From: a virus
IMG/VR virus record: IMGVR_UViG_2799112330_000001
Coordinates: 1-64,000 of that record
DNA: 64,000 nucleotides
Reading direction: 5' to 3' (one strand)
The notes below the pieces were generated by a model that did not search any database, was not told the origin of the DNA, and saw only the letters and a program-made list of their open reading frames with translations. Of this stretch, positions 23,155 to 32,512 are shown piece after piece (position 1 is the stretch's first letter; every line of letters begins with the position of its first letter). A program made the translations under genes and the position numbers.

Positions 23155-24526
23155 TGAAAAATATGCAAAAGAAATAATGTCTGCTTTTCAAACTGCTAAA
23201 GGTAAAGGATATTGTTTTTGTATAAATCCTATATTACCATATAAATTAGTTGCACAAACTGCAATTGGTATTAGTAGTAAAGATGAAAGTAGAAAAATAC
23301 TTATTGTAACACCTTATTATGATGTTACAAATAAGATTAAAGGAGAATTAATAAAGATTGATAATAAAGAATATACTAATATATCTTATTTAACTAAATT
23401 ATATGTAAATCCTAAATACAACTATAATTATGATTGTACAATTGTTGTTGGAGTAAATGGTGAAGATAGTATTGATTTAGAATTATTGAGAAAACTTGAT
23501 AGTTGTAGTAAATTTACTTTATTTATATTTACTATAAATTCTTTGCCTAATGATATAAATTTATTTCTTACTAAACATAGTAATTTTCTAAAAACAACAG
23601 TTACTCCAAATGAAGCTCGTATGGCTTATCTTTATTCCCCTGTAGAGGAATGGAGATGTGGAGTAGAATTATCAGAAACTGATAGAGAAGAATATGATAA
23701 AGCAAATCAATATATTGCTGACTGTATAAGTATTTTTGGAGATTTAAAAACTATTGAAAAATGTGCTCGCGGTGATAAATTATTAAATATAAGTGCAAGC
23801 GAATTTAGATATAATTTTGCTATTGAAAATGGTTGGAATGAACATTTAAATATGAATTCTGATTATGAAAAAAGTATAGATGAAATTTATAATCCAAATA
23901 CATTAAATGAAAAAGCAAATACTTTTTATACTATTACACATAAAAGAAAAGAAATAGCGATAAATAATGATAATAAATTAATTGAAATAGGTAAAATAGT
24001 AAGAGAAAATTATGATAAAAAAATATGTATAGTTTCTAAATCTGGAGAAATGGCATTAGCTATTGCTAATTATTTAAATGGAGAAGAATTTGCTGAATTA
24101 AATATAAAATGTGGTCAATATCATGATTGTATACCAGAAACTTATGGTATCGATGATGAAGGTAATATATTAATTCGAAAAAGTGGTAAAGATAAAGGTA
24201 AACCTGTTATTCTTAAATCACAAGCCTCTTCGACGCAATATGAAAGACTATATAATTTTGACATTATTAATATAATGAGTATAAAATTTGCTTCTAATGT
24301 TAAATTAAAAATATCTTTTGACTTAATTATTTTTACAGATTGTTTAACAGCAAATATAATTGATTTTAAAAGTCGTTTTATAAATAGTTATTGTAATAGT
24401 TTACCTAATAAAGTATATAGATTGTATAGTACAAATACTATTGAAGAAAAATCTTTAAATAGTGAAAATATAATGTCAAATGTACAAATAATGTCGCATA
24501 TTGAAGAAAAATTCATTTTTGATTAA
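23141..24526 (+). CDS. hypothetical replication-module protein (possibly a degenerate helicase-like fold)
   Basis: 461 aa. There is no clear Walker A. The C-terminal half (ICIVSKSGEMALAIANYL ... VILKSQASSTQYERL) loosely resembles a helicase C-terminal domain. The functional call is weak. Confidence 0.3.
   Translation: MMTPNEKYAKEIMSAFQTAKGKGYCFCINPILPYKLVAQTAIGISSKDESRKILIVTPYYDVTNKIKGELIKIDNKEYTNISYLTKLYVNPKYNYNYDCTIVVGVNGEDSIDLELLRKLDSCSKFTLFIFTINSLPNDINLFLTKHSNFLKTTVTPNEARMAYLYSPVEEWRCGVELSETDREEYDKANQYIADCISIFGDLKTIEKCARGDKLLNISASEFRYNFAIENGWNEHLNMNSDYEKSIDEIYNPNTLNEKANTFYTITHKRKEIAINNDNKLIEIGKIVRENYDKKICIVSKSGEMALAIANYLNGEEFAELNIKCGQYHDCIPETYGIDDEGNILIRKSGKDKGKPVILKSQASSTQYERLYNFDIINIMSIKFASNVKLKISFDLIIFTDCLTANIIDFKSRFINSYCNSLPNKVYRLYSTNTIEEKSLNSENIMSNVQIMSHIEEKFIFD
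23635..23650. repeat. dispersed motif copy (TTCCCCTGTAGAGGAA)
   Basis: Inside 23141..24526, where it is read as SPVEE. Confidence 0.65.
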
Positions 24527-24542
24527 TTTTTTTGCCAAAAAA

Positions 24543-24574
24543 TTTGCATATATCAAAATTTTTTTGTATATTTG
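24543..24574 (+). promoter_or_regulatory. Bacteroides-type promoter
   Basis: TTTG at 24543-24546, a 20-nt gap, then TAtaTTTG at 24567-24574. The ATG is at 24606. Confidence 0.6.
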
Positions 24575-24605
24575 CATTGTCTTAAAAACAAAAGTTCTTT
24601 GAAAT

Positions 24606-25568
24606 ATGGTTGAAACAACAAATGTAGCAGAAGCTGGTGTTGATAATCTTCCAACTCAACATCAAGCAAAGGAAAGTGCTACTCCTGTTAAAGCCAAAGA
24701 AATTGTTCATATATCAAATAATGTATTTGATAATATTAATCTCTTTAACGAAAAAGAACTTGCTCAATTTAAATCATTTGCAATTGAGTATATAAAAAGT
24801 TCTAAAAATGGTGGTATTACAACTGTTCAAGATTGTATCGCTATTGCAATTCGTGCTAAAGAATTAGGATTACCTTTTACAGCATGTGCTGAACATGTTT
24901 ATATAATCAATGGTAAAACAGGTGTAGATATTCATATCATCAAAGGTTTGTTATCGAGGGCAGGTTGTACTTGGAAGTGTCTTAAAGATTATCAACCTCT
25001 GTATGAATATACAGACGGTATAAACCAATTTGTTGATGGTGAACTTCCTGAATATGTTATTAAATGTAAAAGTAAAGTTGACGCTGAAGCTAAAAGAAAA
25101 GCTAATCCTGATGATGACAATATGTATGTATATCCTGTTCGTTGGTATGCAGATTCTCGAGGAAATAAATATCCTGATTATCGTCTTAATACAGATCAAT
25201 TTACTGTTGTTGCAAATACTGCTCAAATGCAAGAAGCAGCAGCAAATAAAAAGATAGGTGTATGGAGAATTCCTGCTGTTCCTGTAAATTATATTACTGA
25301 ATATGAAATTACTAGAAAAATAAATGGAACTACAATGACTAGTAAAGGACGATTTACTTTACAAGAAGCAATAAATGCTGATTTCTTTACTAAAGATACT
25401 TATAAAAAATATTCTAGAATAATGATTGGTAATAGAGCATTTACATATGCTGCTAGAGATATAGGTAGTGATATTCTATTTGGTGTAATGGAAACTACCG
25501 AAATTAAATTAGTCAATAATAAGACTCTTAAAGATATAGATTTTGTTGATGCTGAGATAGTCAATTAA
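24606..25568 (+). CDS. RecT-like single-strand annealing protein
   Basis: 320 aa. CIAIAIRAKELGLPFTACAEHVYIINGKTGVDIHIIKGLLSRAG follows the RecT core pattern (..LGL.P....ay.i......iGy.Gl..la.rsG). This is recognised by pattern only. Confidence 0.45.
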   Translation: MVETTNVAEAGVDNLPTQHQAKESATPVKAKEIVHISNNVFDNINLFNEKELAQFKSFAIEYIKSSKNGGITTVQDCIAIAIRAKELGLPFTACAEHVYIINGKTGVDIHIIKGLLSRAGCTWKCLKDYQPLYEYTDGINQFVDGELPEYVIKCKSKVDAEAKRKANPDDDNMYVYPVRWYADSRGNKYPDYRLNTDQFTVVANTAQMQEAAANKKIGVWRIPAVPVNYITEYEITRKINGTTMTSKGRFTLQEAINADFFTKDTYKKYSRIMIGNRAFTYAARDIGSDILFGVMETTEIKLVNNKTLKDIDFVDAEIVN

Positions 25569-25631
25569 ATCTTTAAAAAAGAAAATATCTCAAACAAACA
25601 TTTATTAACAAATTTAAAAGCTTTTAAAAGT

Positions 25632-26438
25632 ATGAAAACTTTTGGTGCAGAATTAGGACTTTCGTTTGTAAACGCAGGTCAACGTCAAGTTAACGACAAA
25701 GCAGAACTCGTAGTTAATTCTACTCGTGGTGGTTTTACTCTTAGTGGTGCAGCAACTGCATTGCTTGGTATTGCTCATGGCGATTATGTTCAGTTTGTTA
25801 GCAATGTTGCTAAACTTACTACAGAGATTAAAACTAGTGCTAAGGCATTTGTAGATTTCTGTACTGAACATGGTTTAACTCCTGGCTCTAATGAAGCAAC
25901 TGATGCTTATATGCAGACAGCCCGTTTCTATATTGGTAAAGGTACTCAAGTTCTTGATAAGGTTGGAAAGCCTGTCATGACTTCTGAGCGTCTTTCTGCA
26001 GAAGATAAGAAGGCTTATGCTGCTGATAAGTTTGATGAGATGCTTGAAGCTGCTCTCAACAATGGTAAGGAAGAGCTTGTTGAAAGTCTCAATCGTGAAG
26101 GTATTACTAAAGATGAGCAGATTGAAATTCTTGCTCAATTTGTAAGCATTGAAACTGAGAAATATACAGGTTCTAAGTGTGCAAGTTCTTCTAAGGCTAG
26201 TGGCACTGGTGTTCCTTTGAAGTTTAGCGATGGTAATGTATGGTCACAAATGAAGCGTGATATCGCTGAAGATGATCGTACTTCTATCAATCGTATTTAC
26301 ACTCTTGATGTAGCTGAAGCTGGTGTTATGAAACAGAATAATGGATTTGAGGATGTTGATGTAGTTCTTTATCCGCTTGTTTATGTTTCTGATGAAGCTC
26401 CTATGCGTCGTGGTCAAGGTGGTGAAGCTGCAGAGTAA
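25632..26438 (+). CDS. hypothetical protein (G+C-richer codons; possible AbrB/SpoVT-like N-terminus)
   Basis: 268 aa. GGFTLSGAATALLGIAHGDYVQF vaguely resembles a swapped-hairpin barrel motif. A strong terminator follows. Confidence 0.8.
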   Translation: MKTFGAELGLSFVNAGQRQVNDKAELVVNSTRGGFTLSGAATALLGIAHGDYVQFVSNVAKLTTEIKTSAKAFVDFCTEHGLTPGSNEATDAYMQTARFYIGKGTQVLDKVGKPVMTSERLSAEDKKAYAADKFDEMLEAALNNGKEELVESLNREGITKDEQIEILAQFVSIETEKYTGSKCASSSKASGTGVPLKFSDGNVWSQMKRDIAEDDRTSINRIYTLDVAEAGVMKQNNGFEDVDVVLYPLVYVSDEAPMRRGQGGEAAE

Positions 26439-26466
26439 TAAACTACAAGTTCTACTTTAGTTGTTC

Positions 26467-26513
26467 GAGCCGAAGATTTAATAGATAATACTATTGAGTC
26501 TTCGGCTCTTTTT
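26467..26513 (+). terminator. intrinsic terminator
   Basis: GAGCCGAAGA (26467-26476) pairs with TCTTCGGCTC (26499-26508), followed by TTTTT. Confidence 0.7.
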
Positions 26514-26540
26514 GTTCTTAAAAATTAAAATTCGAATTTT

Positions 26541-27428
26541 ATGTCAGAAGAAAAAGTTAAAAAAGTAGGTCGTGGTATTGGTACTGCTCGTGGTACTACA
26601 CGACTTAAATTTAGTCATGAGCATGCAAATAGTAAAAATGGCTTATTTCTTGCTCATATCGACAGTGTTGTTTTAGGCACTGCTAAAATTGGTGAAGATA
26701 CTACTGGAATGCCTTCATTCAATGGTATGGAAATTCCTCGTTTAGCAATTGTTTTTGCAAGTAATGAAAGTGAAGCTGCTAAACGTAAATATATTACTCT
26801 TTCTTGGAATGCTGTAGAAAGTAATGTAAATACTATTCAAGGTGGAAAAGAAGCTTGGAAAGTTGATAGTATTTTTGACTATATGAAACATATACTTGAT
26901 GTATTTGTTTTGAAAGGTAAAGAAATGACTGCTGATATGGAAGAAAAACTTACTCTTCCGTTCAATGATACTGATGAAAATGGGGAATATTCTCCTGTTG
27001 AACCTGAAGTAGTTATTGCAGGTTGGACTACTTTATTCCAAAACTTTGTAACTATTCTTACAACTGGAAATGATGGAAAGCCTGTATATCAAACTAAAGA
27101 AGGTACTCCTATTACACTTTGGATTAAATTACTTCGTTTCCAAAAACAAGGAAAAGCTTGGAAAGCTCTTAATAGTCGAGGAGATTTAGCATTCCCTGCA
27201 TTTGTTGGTGAAGGAGTTATTGAAATATATAACCAAAATACTCCTCCTAGCATTAAAATTAATGTTATGCGAGAAGATATTAAACCAAGACAAATTGAAG
27301 AAAGGAAAGAGCCTAATCTTCCTGGTATTAGCGGTCCAGCTATTTCTATTCCTCCTACTGGTACTGCATATGGTGCTAATTTAGACCCATTTGATGGAAA
27401 TAATGGTATTGATGACAGTCCATTTTAA
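26541..27428 (+). CDS. single-stranded DNA-binding protein (phage type)
   Basis: 295 aa in the replication module, with highly-expressed-type codons. The Gly/Pro-rich linker and acidic tip ...DPFDGNNGIDDSPF recall the bacterial SSB C-terminal DDDIPF. Confidence 0.5.
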   Translation: MSEEKVKKVGRGIGTARGTTRLKFSHEHANSKNGLFLAHIDSVVLGTAKIGEDTTGMPSFNGMEIPRLAIVFASNESEAAKRKYITLSWNAVESNVNTIQGGKEAWKVDSIFDYMKHILDVFVLKGKEMTADMEEKLTLPFNDTDENGEYSPVEPEVVIAGWTTLFQNFVTILTTGNDGKPVYQTKEGTPITLWIKLLRFQKQGKAWKALNSRGDLAFPAFVGEGVIEIYNQNTPPSIKINVMREDIKPRQIEERKEPNLPGISGPAISIPPTGTAYGANLDPFDGNNGIDDSPF

Positions 27429-27451
27429 ATTATACAACTAATTAACAATTT

Positions 27452-27488
27452 AGCCTCTATACCTTAATGGTATAGGGGCTATTTTTTT
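27452..27488 (+). terminator. intrinsic terminator
   Basis: AGCCTCTATACC (27452-27463) pairs with GGTATAGGGGCT (27469-27480), with one U-G pair, followed by ATTTTTTT. Confidence 0.7.
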
Positions 27489-27495
27489 ATAGGTT

Positions 27496-28686
27496 ATGGG
27501 AAGGCATATAAATTCTAATACATATACTAAACAATATATCTTATCTAAAGTTAGTCAAGAACTAATTTTTAGTACCTATTTTCATATACCTATAGATATT
27601 ATCAGAGATTGCATAGATAACAATACGTTAATAATATCTCCGATAAGAGAAGATAAACATCCTACTTGTGGTTTTCGTTATAATAATATAGGAATGTTAA
27701 AATTCCGAGATTTTGGTGGATATTTTTGGGGAGATTGTTTTGATGCTGTAGCATTAGTAATAAGTAAAGCTTATAATAAAACTTATGATATTAGTAATAA
27801 AAAAGATTTTATTCAAATACTAAAGCATATTTCATTAACATTTAAAGATATTATAAATAATGAAGAAACTGATCCGAATATTATAACGAAAATCAATGAA
27901 GGAATATCTAAACTTCGTAAAGATAAACCAATTATTGATTTAGTTGTAAGAGAATGGAATAAAGAAGATATAAATTATTGGAATAATTTTGGTATAACAA
28001 TACAAGATTTAAATATTAATTTTGTTTATCCTATAGAACAATATTATATTAATAGAAAACAAAATCCAGAACCAAAATATTTTTACGATTCTAAAGATCC
28101 TTGTTATGCTTATTATTTAGGAAGAGGTAGTGATAATATAAATAATTATAAATTATATTTTCCTAAAAGAACAAAAGATTCACATAATAGATTTATATGT
28201 AATTGTAATCATCTTGAAGGTATTTTAAATTTATCTGAAAGAGAATATACATATATTATTATAACAAAATCTACAAAAGATAGAATTGCATTATTTAGAG
28301 CTATAAAATATTATAGTTCACTCTACAGGGAAGAAAATATTAAAATAGGTGTAATAAATATTCCACATGAAACATATAAACTACGTGATATAGAACTTTC
28401 ATGGTTACAAGATAAACTTATTAATAATGGAGAAATAGTTACACTTATGGATAATGATAGAACTGGTATGATAGAAGCCTTATATTTTAAGAGAACTTTT
28501 AATTTTAAAGCTATATTAATACCAAAAACATATGAAGCAAAAGATTTTGCAGAATTGATGTCAAAGTTACCAATAAATAAAATTTGCGAACTAATTAAAT
28601 CAACAATCAAAAAAATAAAAACAAGTAATGGAAAAAATATATCAAATTCCAATTGTAGGGAACAAAATACTTCTTTACCGTTTTAA
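27496..28686 (+). CDS. DNA primase (TOPRIM/DnaG-like)
   Basis: 396 aa. SPIREDKHPTCGF is zinc-binding-region-like, and TOPRIM-like motifs are IIITKSTKDR and TLMDNDRTGM. Confidence 0.65.
   Translation: MGRHINSNTYTKQYILSKVSQELIFSTYFHIPIDIIRDCIDNNTLIISPIREDKHPTCGFRYNNIGMLKFRDFGGYFWGDCFDAVALVISKAYNKTYDISNKKDFIQILKHISLTFKDIINNEETDPNIITKINEGISKLRKDKPIIDLVVREWNKEDINYWNNFGITIQDLNINFVYPIEQYYINRKQNPEPKYFYDSKDPCYAYYLGRGSDNINNYKLYFPKRTKDSHNRFICNCNHLEGILNLSEREYTYIIITKSTKDRIALFRAIKYYSSLYREENIKIGVINIPHETYKLRDIELSWLQDKLINNGEIVTLMDNDRTGMIEALYFKRTFNFKAILIPKTYEAKDFAELMSKLPINKICELIKSTIKKIKTSNGKNISNSNCREQNTSLPF
28318..28332. repeat. dispersed motif copy (TCACTCTACAGGGAA)
   Basis: Inside the primase gene, where it is read as SLYRE. 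Confidence 0.6.
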
Positions 28687-29083
28687 AGGAGAAAGAACTC
28701 ATATTTCCGTATATATGGAAGGACTTACACAAGATGAATATGACACAATAAAAAATAGACCTAAATCATGGTTAAATAGAGATAATAGAAAAATTGATAT
28801 AACTGATAATACTTATATAGGTAAATTTAATATTAATGATGAAAATTTTGTTAAATATCTAGATTCTTTATTTGAAATTGATGAAAGAGGTAAATTTATA
28901 AATTCTAAATTTGATTTTGAGGCTTCAACTATTTCAACAACTGAGGGTATTATGAAAGGCTATCCTACATGGATACCTTCTAAATATATTAAATATTGTT
29001 ATTGTCAAATAGAAAAGCCTAAATATGTTATAATATATAGTTACACTTGTTATAATTATAAGAAAAATGGAACTAATACATAA
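28628..29083 (+). CDS. hypothetical protein
   Basis: 151-aa ORF that overlaps the primase 3' end by 59 nt. An alternative start at 28715 (MEGLTQDEY) would remove the overlap. Confidence 0.65.
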   Translation: MEKIYQIPIVGNKILLYRFKGERTHISVYMEGLTQDEYDTIKNRPKSWLNRDNRKIDITDNTYIGKFNINDENFVKYLDSLFEIDERGKFINSKFDFEASTISTTEGIMKGYPTWIPSKYIKYCYCQIEKPKYVIIYSYTCYNYKKNGTNT

Positions 29084-29273
29084 TTTTATAATAAAATTAA
29101 ATAATAAAATAATAGCATCTACTTGTGATAAAAATATAGCATGGGAAATTTATGAAAATAAATCTGATTATTATGAAAATTTACAAGCAGAAAATAAATT
29201 ATCTGAAGAATATGAATTAGTATTATTTGATTTAAATAAAAATTGTGAATTAGCAAAAGCTAATTTTTATTAA
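29067..29273 (+). CDS. hypothetical protein
   Basis: 68-aa ORF. Confidence 0.6.
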   Translation: MELIHNFIIKLNNKIIASTCDKNIAWEIYENKSDYYENLQAENKLSEEYELVLFDLNKNCELAKANFY

Positions 29274-29278
29274 ATAAT

Positions 29279-29926
29279 ATGGAAATTGAATATACATGTT
29301 TGGATTATTATAATCCTATAGAAAAAGCATGTGATTTATTAAAAATTGTTAAAATGCCTCTTAATAGGATGCGTTTAGCAAATTTACAACCATATAAAAA
29401 TGATAATGATTTAAGAAAAATATTAACAGGTATATTAAAAGATTTAGATTTAAGTAAAAGAATTGAAGGAATTATGCCTTTTAATACAAATAGCCCTAAA
29501 TATCAAAGTTTACTTTCAGAATATATTTATTATTTGGAACATTTAGAAAATCATTTAGAATATAATATATGGATTGATAAATTACTTGCTTTTCATGCTT
29601 CAAATTTAATTGAAGAAAAAAATTATATACCTCCTAAACAGCCTAAAAAGAAAACAACTAGTGGAAAATCTATCAAAAATGCTTTTTATAGAAGACAAAC
29701 TACTGATTTATTTACAAATGATACAATATATGAATATATAAATCCAAAAACTGGTACTATTATAAAAAGTGATAATCCTAATTTATGTGATAAATTAAAT
29801 GCTGAAATAGAGCAAAATATAAAATATAATAGAGCAAGAAGTCATGCTAGAAAAAATCAAGAAAAAAGAGAATTTATTAGAATAAATACAAAGCCAGATT
29901 TTAATAAACTTAAATTTAAATTTTAA
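29279..29926 (+). CDS. hypothetical protein
   Basis: 215-aa ORF. Confidence 0.75.
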   Translation: MEIEYTCLDYYNPIEKACDLLKIVKMPLNRMRLANLQPYKNDNDLRKILTGILKDLDLSKRIEGIMPFNTNSPKYQSLLSEYIYYLEHLENHLEYNIWIDKLLAFHASNLIEEKNYIPPKQPKKKTTSGKSIKNAFYRRQTTDLFTNDTIYEYINPKTGTIIKSDNPNLCDKLNAEIEQNIKYNRARSHARKNQEKREFIRINTKPDFNKLKFKF

Positions 29927-29929
29927 ATT

Positions 29930-31159
29930 ATGATAGAATCAAAAAATGAACATAAACTTCTATATAGAAGAAACAATAAAGGTCAACCTTGCTATTGGTG
30001 GGGAGAACCAGATAAAATTGATAAAGTAATAAGATTGCATCATGGTATAGTAGGAAAAACTGATATTATTGATATGATTGTTACTAATAGAGATGTTGAA
30101 AAAGAATATCAATCTATGATTAATGAAAAACGTAAAGCTGGTTATAAATATATTTGGGAACTTAAAGACAATAATGATACCCCTGTAGAGGGAACATTGC
30201 TACAATATCTGAATACTTATCTTCCTTACGATAGAACTACTTCTGATGGAATGATGCTTTCTATGTTAGCTAAAACTTATGATAATGAAAATAATAAAGT
30301 ATTTAATAAATGTCCTATATATTACGGACAATGGAAGATTAATGGTTTAAGATGTTCTATTAGTGCTCATTATAATCAAGGAGATTTATTTAAACCTATA
30401 AGTTTAAGATTTCAAAGTCGTGAAGGAACTGTATGGAATAGTTTATCTGATTTAGAGAGCTATCTATTAAGTATTCTTCCTGCAAAATTATTAAATGATA
30501 TGCTTGAAGAAGAATATATTCTTGATGGTGAAATTTATTTACCTGGTCATACAGTTAACGAAATAAATCATTTTGTAAAAGATCCTAAATGTAAAGAAAA
30601 TAAACTTCTTCAATATTGGTGTTATGATATTGCTATTCAAGATTGTATACAAAGTACTAGAGAAAATATTAGAATAAAATATTTAGCAAATTTTGTTCCG
30701 TTTATTAAAACTAAACAAATGCACTATGCTAATCAACATAGATTAATTGCTCTTCCAAGTATTGACATTTGTAATCATGAACAAGCAAGAGTTGCTAGAG
30801 ATTTAGCTATTGAAAATGGTTTTGAAGGATTAATTCTTCGTAATCCTGATAAAGAATATCAATATGGCGCAAGAAATATGGCTATGATTAAATATAAACG
30901 TAGTACTGATGGAAAATTTATTATAGTTGATATTAAACCAGAAGGAATTAAACGACCAGATATACCTTTATTTGTTCTTAAAAATGATATAAATGATTCA
31001 TTATTTGAAGTACATGTAGGAGGAAAATTTGATTATCAAAAATTTATATTAAAAAATAAAAATTTATATATAGGAAAATTTATGTTTGTTGAATATGGAG
31101 AGAGAAGTGGTGTAGAACAAGTTCCTTTCCATGTTAAAGAAACATATATAATCGATTAA
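29930..31159 (+). CDS. ATP-dependent DNA ligase
   Basis: Nucleotidyltransferase motifs are present in order: I WKINGLR (KxDG variant with N), III ILDGEIY, IIIa YWCYDI, IV EGLILRNP, V MIKYK. The N-terminal roughly 90 aa look WGR-like (HHGIVGKTD...EKRKAGYKY). Confidence 0.8.
   Translation: MIESKNEHKLLYRRNNKGQPCYWWGEPDKIDKVIRLHHGIVGKTDIIDMIVTNRDVEKEYQSMINEKRKAGYKYIWELKDNNDTPVEGTLLQYLNTYLPYDRTTSDGMMLSMLAKTYDNENNKVFNKCPIYYGQWKINGLRCSISAHYNQGDLFKPISLRFQSREGTVWNSLSDLESYLLSILPAKLLNDMLEEEYILDGEIYLPGHTVNEINHFVKDPKCKENKLLQYWCYDIAIQDCIQSTRENIRIKYLANFVPFIKTKQMHYANQHRLIALPSIDICNHEQARVARDLAIENGFEGLILRNPDKEYQYGARNMAMIKYKRSTDGKFIIVDIKPEGIKRPDIPLFVLKNDINDSLFEVHVGGKFDYQKFILKNKNLYIGKFMFVEYGERSGVEQVPFHVKETYIID
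30179..30195. repeat. dispersed motif copy (ACCCCTGTAGAGGGAAC)
   Basis: Inside the ligase gene, where it is read as TPVEGT. Confidence 0.7.
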
Positions 31160-31161
31160 AT

Positions 31162-31500
31162 ATGTTTAATTATGAAACGTTAACAACAAATAAAAAATAT
31201 CCTAAATATAATAAGGATAGACACACAATTTATACAAAATTTGATAAACCTTATAGGTTTTATCTTGAAGTAAGAGATTACAATGCTGAATATAATACAT
31301 ACAATTATTATATATTGTTAGGAGAAACAAAATTTGATGAAAATTGTAAAAGTATTACATTTGACGATTATGGCAGAAGTAAAATAAGATGTTGTAATAA
31401 TATTCATAATGAAATAATGAATTGTCTTGAAAATAAAAATTCATTTGATTTAATACGTGAAAAAAGTAATGAAGAATATGATTTATATAGTATTCAATAA
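31162..31500 (+). CDS. hypothetical protein
   Basis: 112-aa ORF. Confidence 0.7.
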   Translation: MFNYETLTTNKKYPKYNKDRHTIYTKFDKPYRFYLEVRDYNAEYNTYNYYILLGETKFDENCKSITFDDYGRSKIRCCNNIHNEIMNCLENKNSFDLIREKSNEEYDLYSIQ

Positions 31501-31530
31501 GGTGGTGGCAGTAGTCATCACCTTATTTTA
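31499..31530 (+). terminator. intrinsic terminator
   Basis: AAGGTGGTG (31499-31507) pairs with CATCACCTT (31516-31524), with one G-U pair, followed by ATTTTA. Confidence 0.55.
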
Positions 31531-31557
31531 TGCTATAAATAGTCGATAAAAATTGTT

Positions 31558-31578
31558 TAAAAAGCTATTTTTAGCTTA
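31558..31578. repeat. AAAGCTA-N5-TAGCTT palindrome element, copy B
   Basis: taaaaagctatttttagctta, followed by aaatttttatttcgctaac. Confidence 0.6.
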
Positions 31579-31668
31579 CAAATCAAAAATTTTTATTTCG
31601 CTAACTGATTGACTAACAAAATTTTAGAGCCTCTAAAACAAAAAATTTTATTCTCATAGGGCTGTACA

Positions 31669-31700
31669 TTTGCGAATTTCAAAAATTTTTTGTATATTTG
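31669..31700 (+). promoter_or_regulatory. Bacteroides-type promoter
   Basis: TTTG at 31669-31672, a 20-nt gap, then TAtaTTTG at 31693-31700. The first ATG is at 31708, so the leader would be very short. Confidence 0.55.
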
Positions 31701-31707
31701 CAGTGTT

Positions 31708-32508
31708 ATGATAAACAATAAACAAGATAAAAGACTTATTGTTACAATTCAAGGTAACGATTATTTTGCAAATAATATTGTTGCTTTGATGCTATCTGAA
31801 ATATTAGATAAAGGTGTACAACATAGTAATTATTTAGATTGGCATAAAAAATATATTAATTTAAAAGAAACTAAAGATAATGTTATAAATTTATGGGATA
31901 GTTTAAAAGATATAGCAGAAGTATTAACTGGATTAAATAGAGAAATATTTGATGATTATCCTGCAATGTATTGTAAATATTGGGTATATGGAACAAAACA
32001 TATAATAGATGAAAATCATATAAAAGAAAATATTGCTCCAAAAGGATTAACTTCTGCTAATACAAATTTATATACTATTGTTAATCCTGTTGAAACAACG
32101 TTTAATAATTGTCTTAAAGATGCCTATAAAAAAGAAACTATGCCAGTTATAAAAATAATAGATTATTTAATGTATTTAAATGAATATTTTATAAAAAGAT
32201 TTTATGATGAAAATTATTTACTTAAAAAACTAATTGATAAAATAAAAGAAACAAAATATGAATTTTATATTATACCAGATGTTAAATTTTATTATGAATT
32301 AAAAGCTATAAATGGTGTAAAATTATCTTATATTTATCAGAATTTTAGAATATTTAATATATTTGTTGGAACTGATGATAAATATGTTAGAGAAAATGAT
32401 AAAAACGATGTAGGATTATTTGATTATTATCTTCCAATTAAAGATGCTATTGTTAGTTATAAAACTTGGATAGAAGTACTTAAATGTATACAACATATTT
32501 TATTTTAA
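31708..32508 (+). CDS. hypothetical protein
   Basis: 266 aa from MINNKQDKRLIVTIQGNDYF. The track start at 31690 (TTG) lies inside the -7 box and is rejected. Confidence 0.75.
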   Translation: MINNKQDKRLIVTIQGNDYFANNIVALMLSEILDKGVQHSNYLDWHKKYINLKETKDNVINLWDSLKDIAEVLTGLNREIFDDYPAMYCKYWVYGTKHIIDENHIKENIAPKGLTSANTNLYTIVNPVETTFNNCLKDAYKKETMPVIKIIDYLMYLNEYFIKRFYDENYLLKKLIDKIKETKYEFYIIPDVKFYYELKAINGVKLSYIYQNFRIFNIFVGTDDKYVRENDKNDVGLFDYYLPIKDAIVSYKTWIEVLKCIQHILF

Positions 32509-32512
32509 TATT

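Noticed and set aside
31690-31707. TTG start for the 31690-32508 ORF.
   Set aside because: These codons coincide with the -7 promoter box (31693-31700). The ATG at 31708 is used instead.
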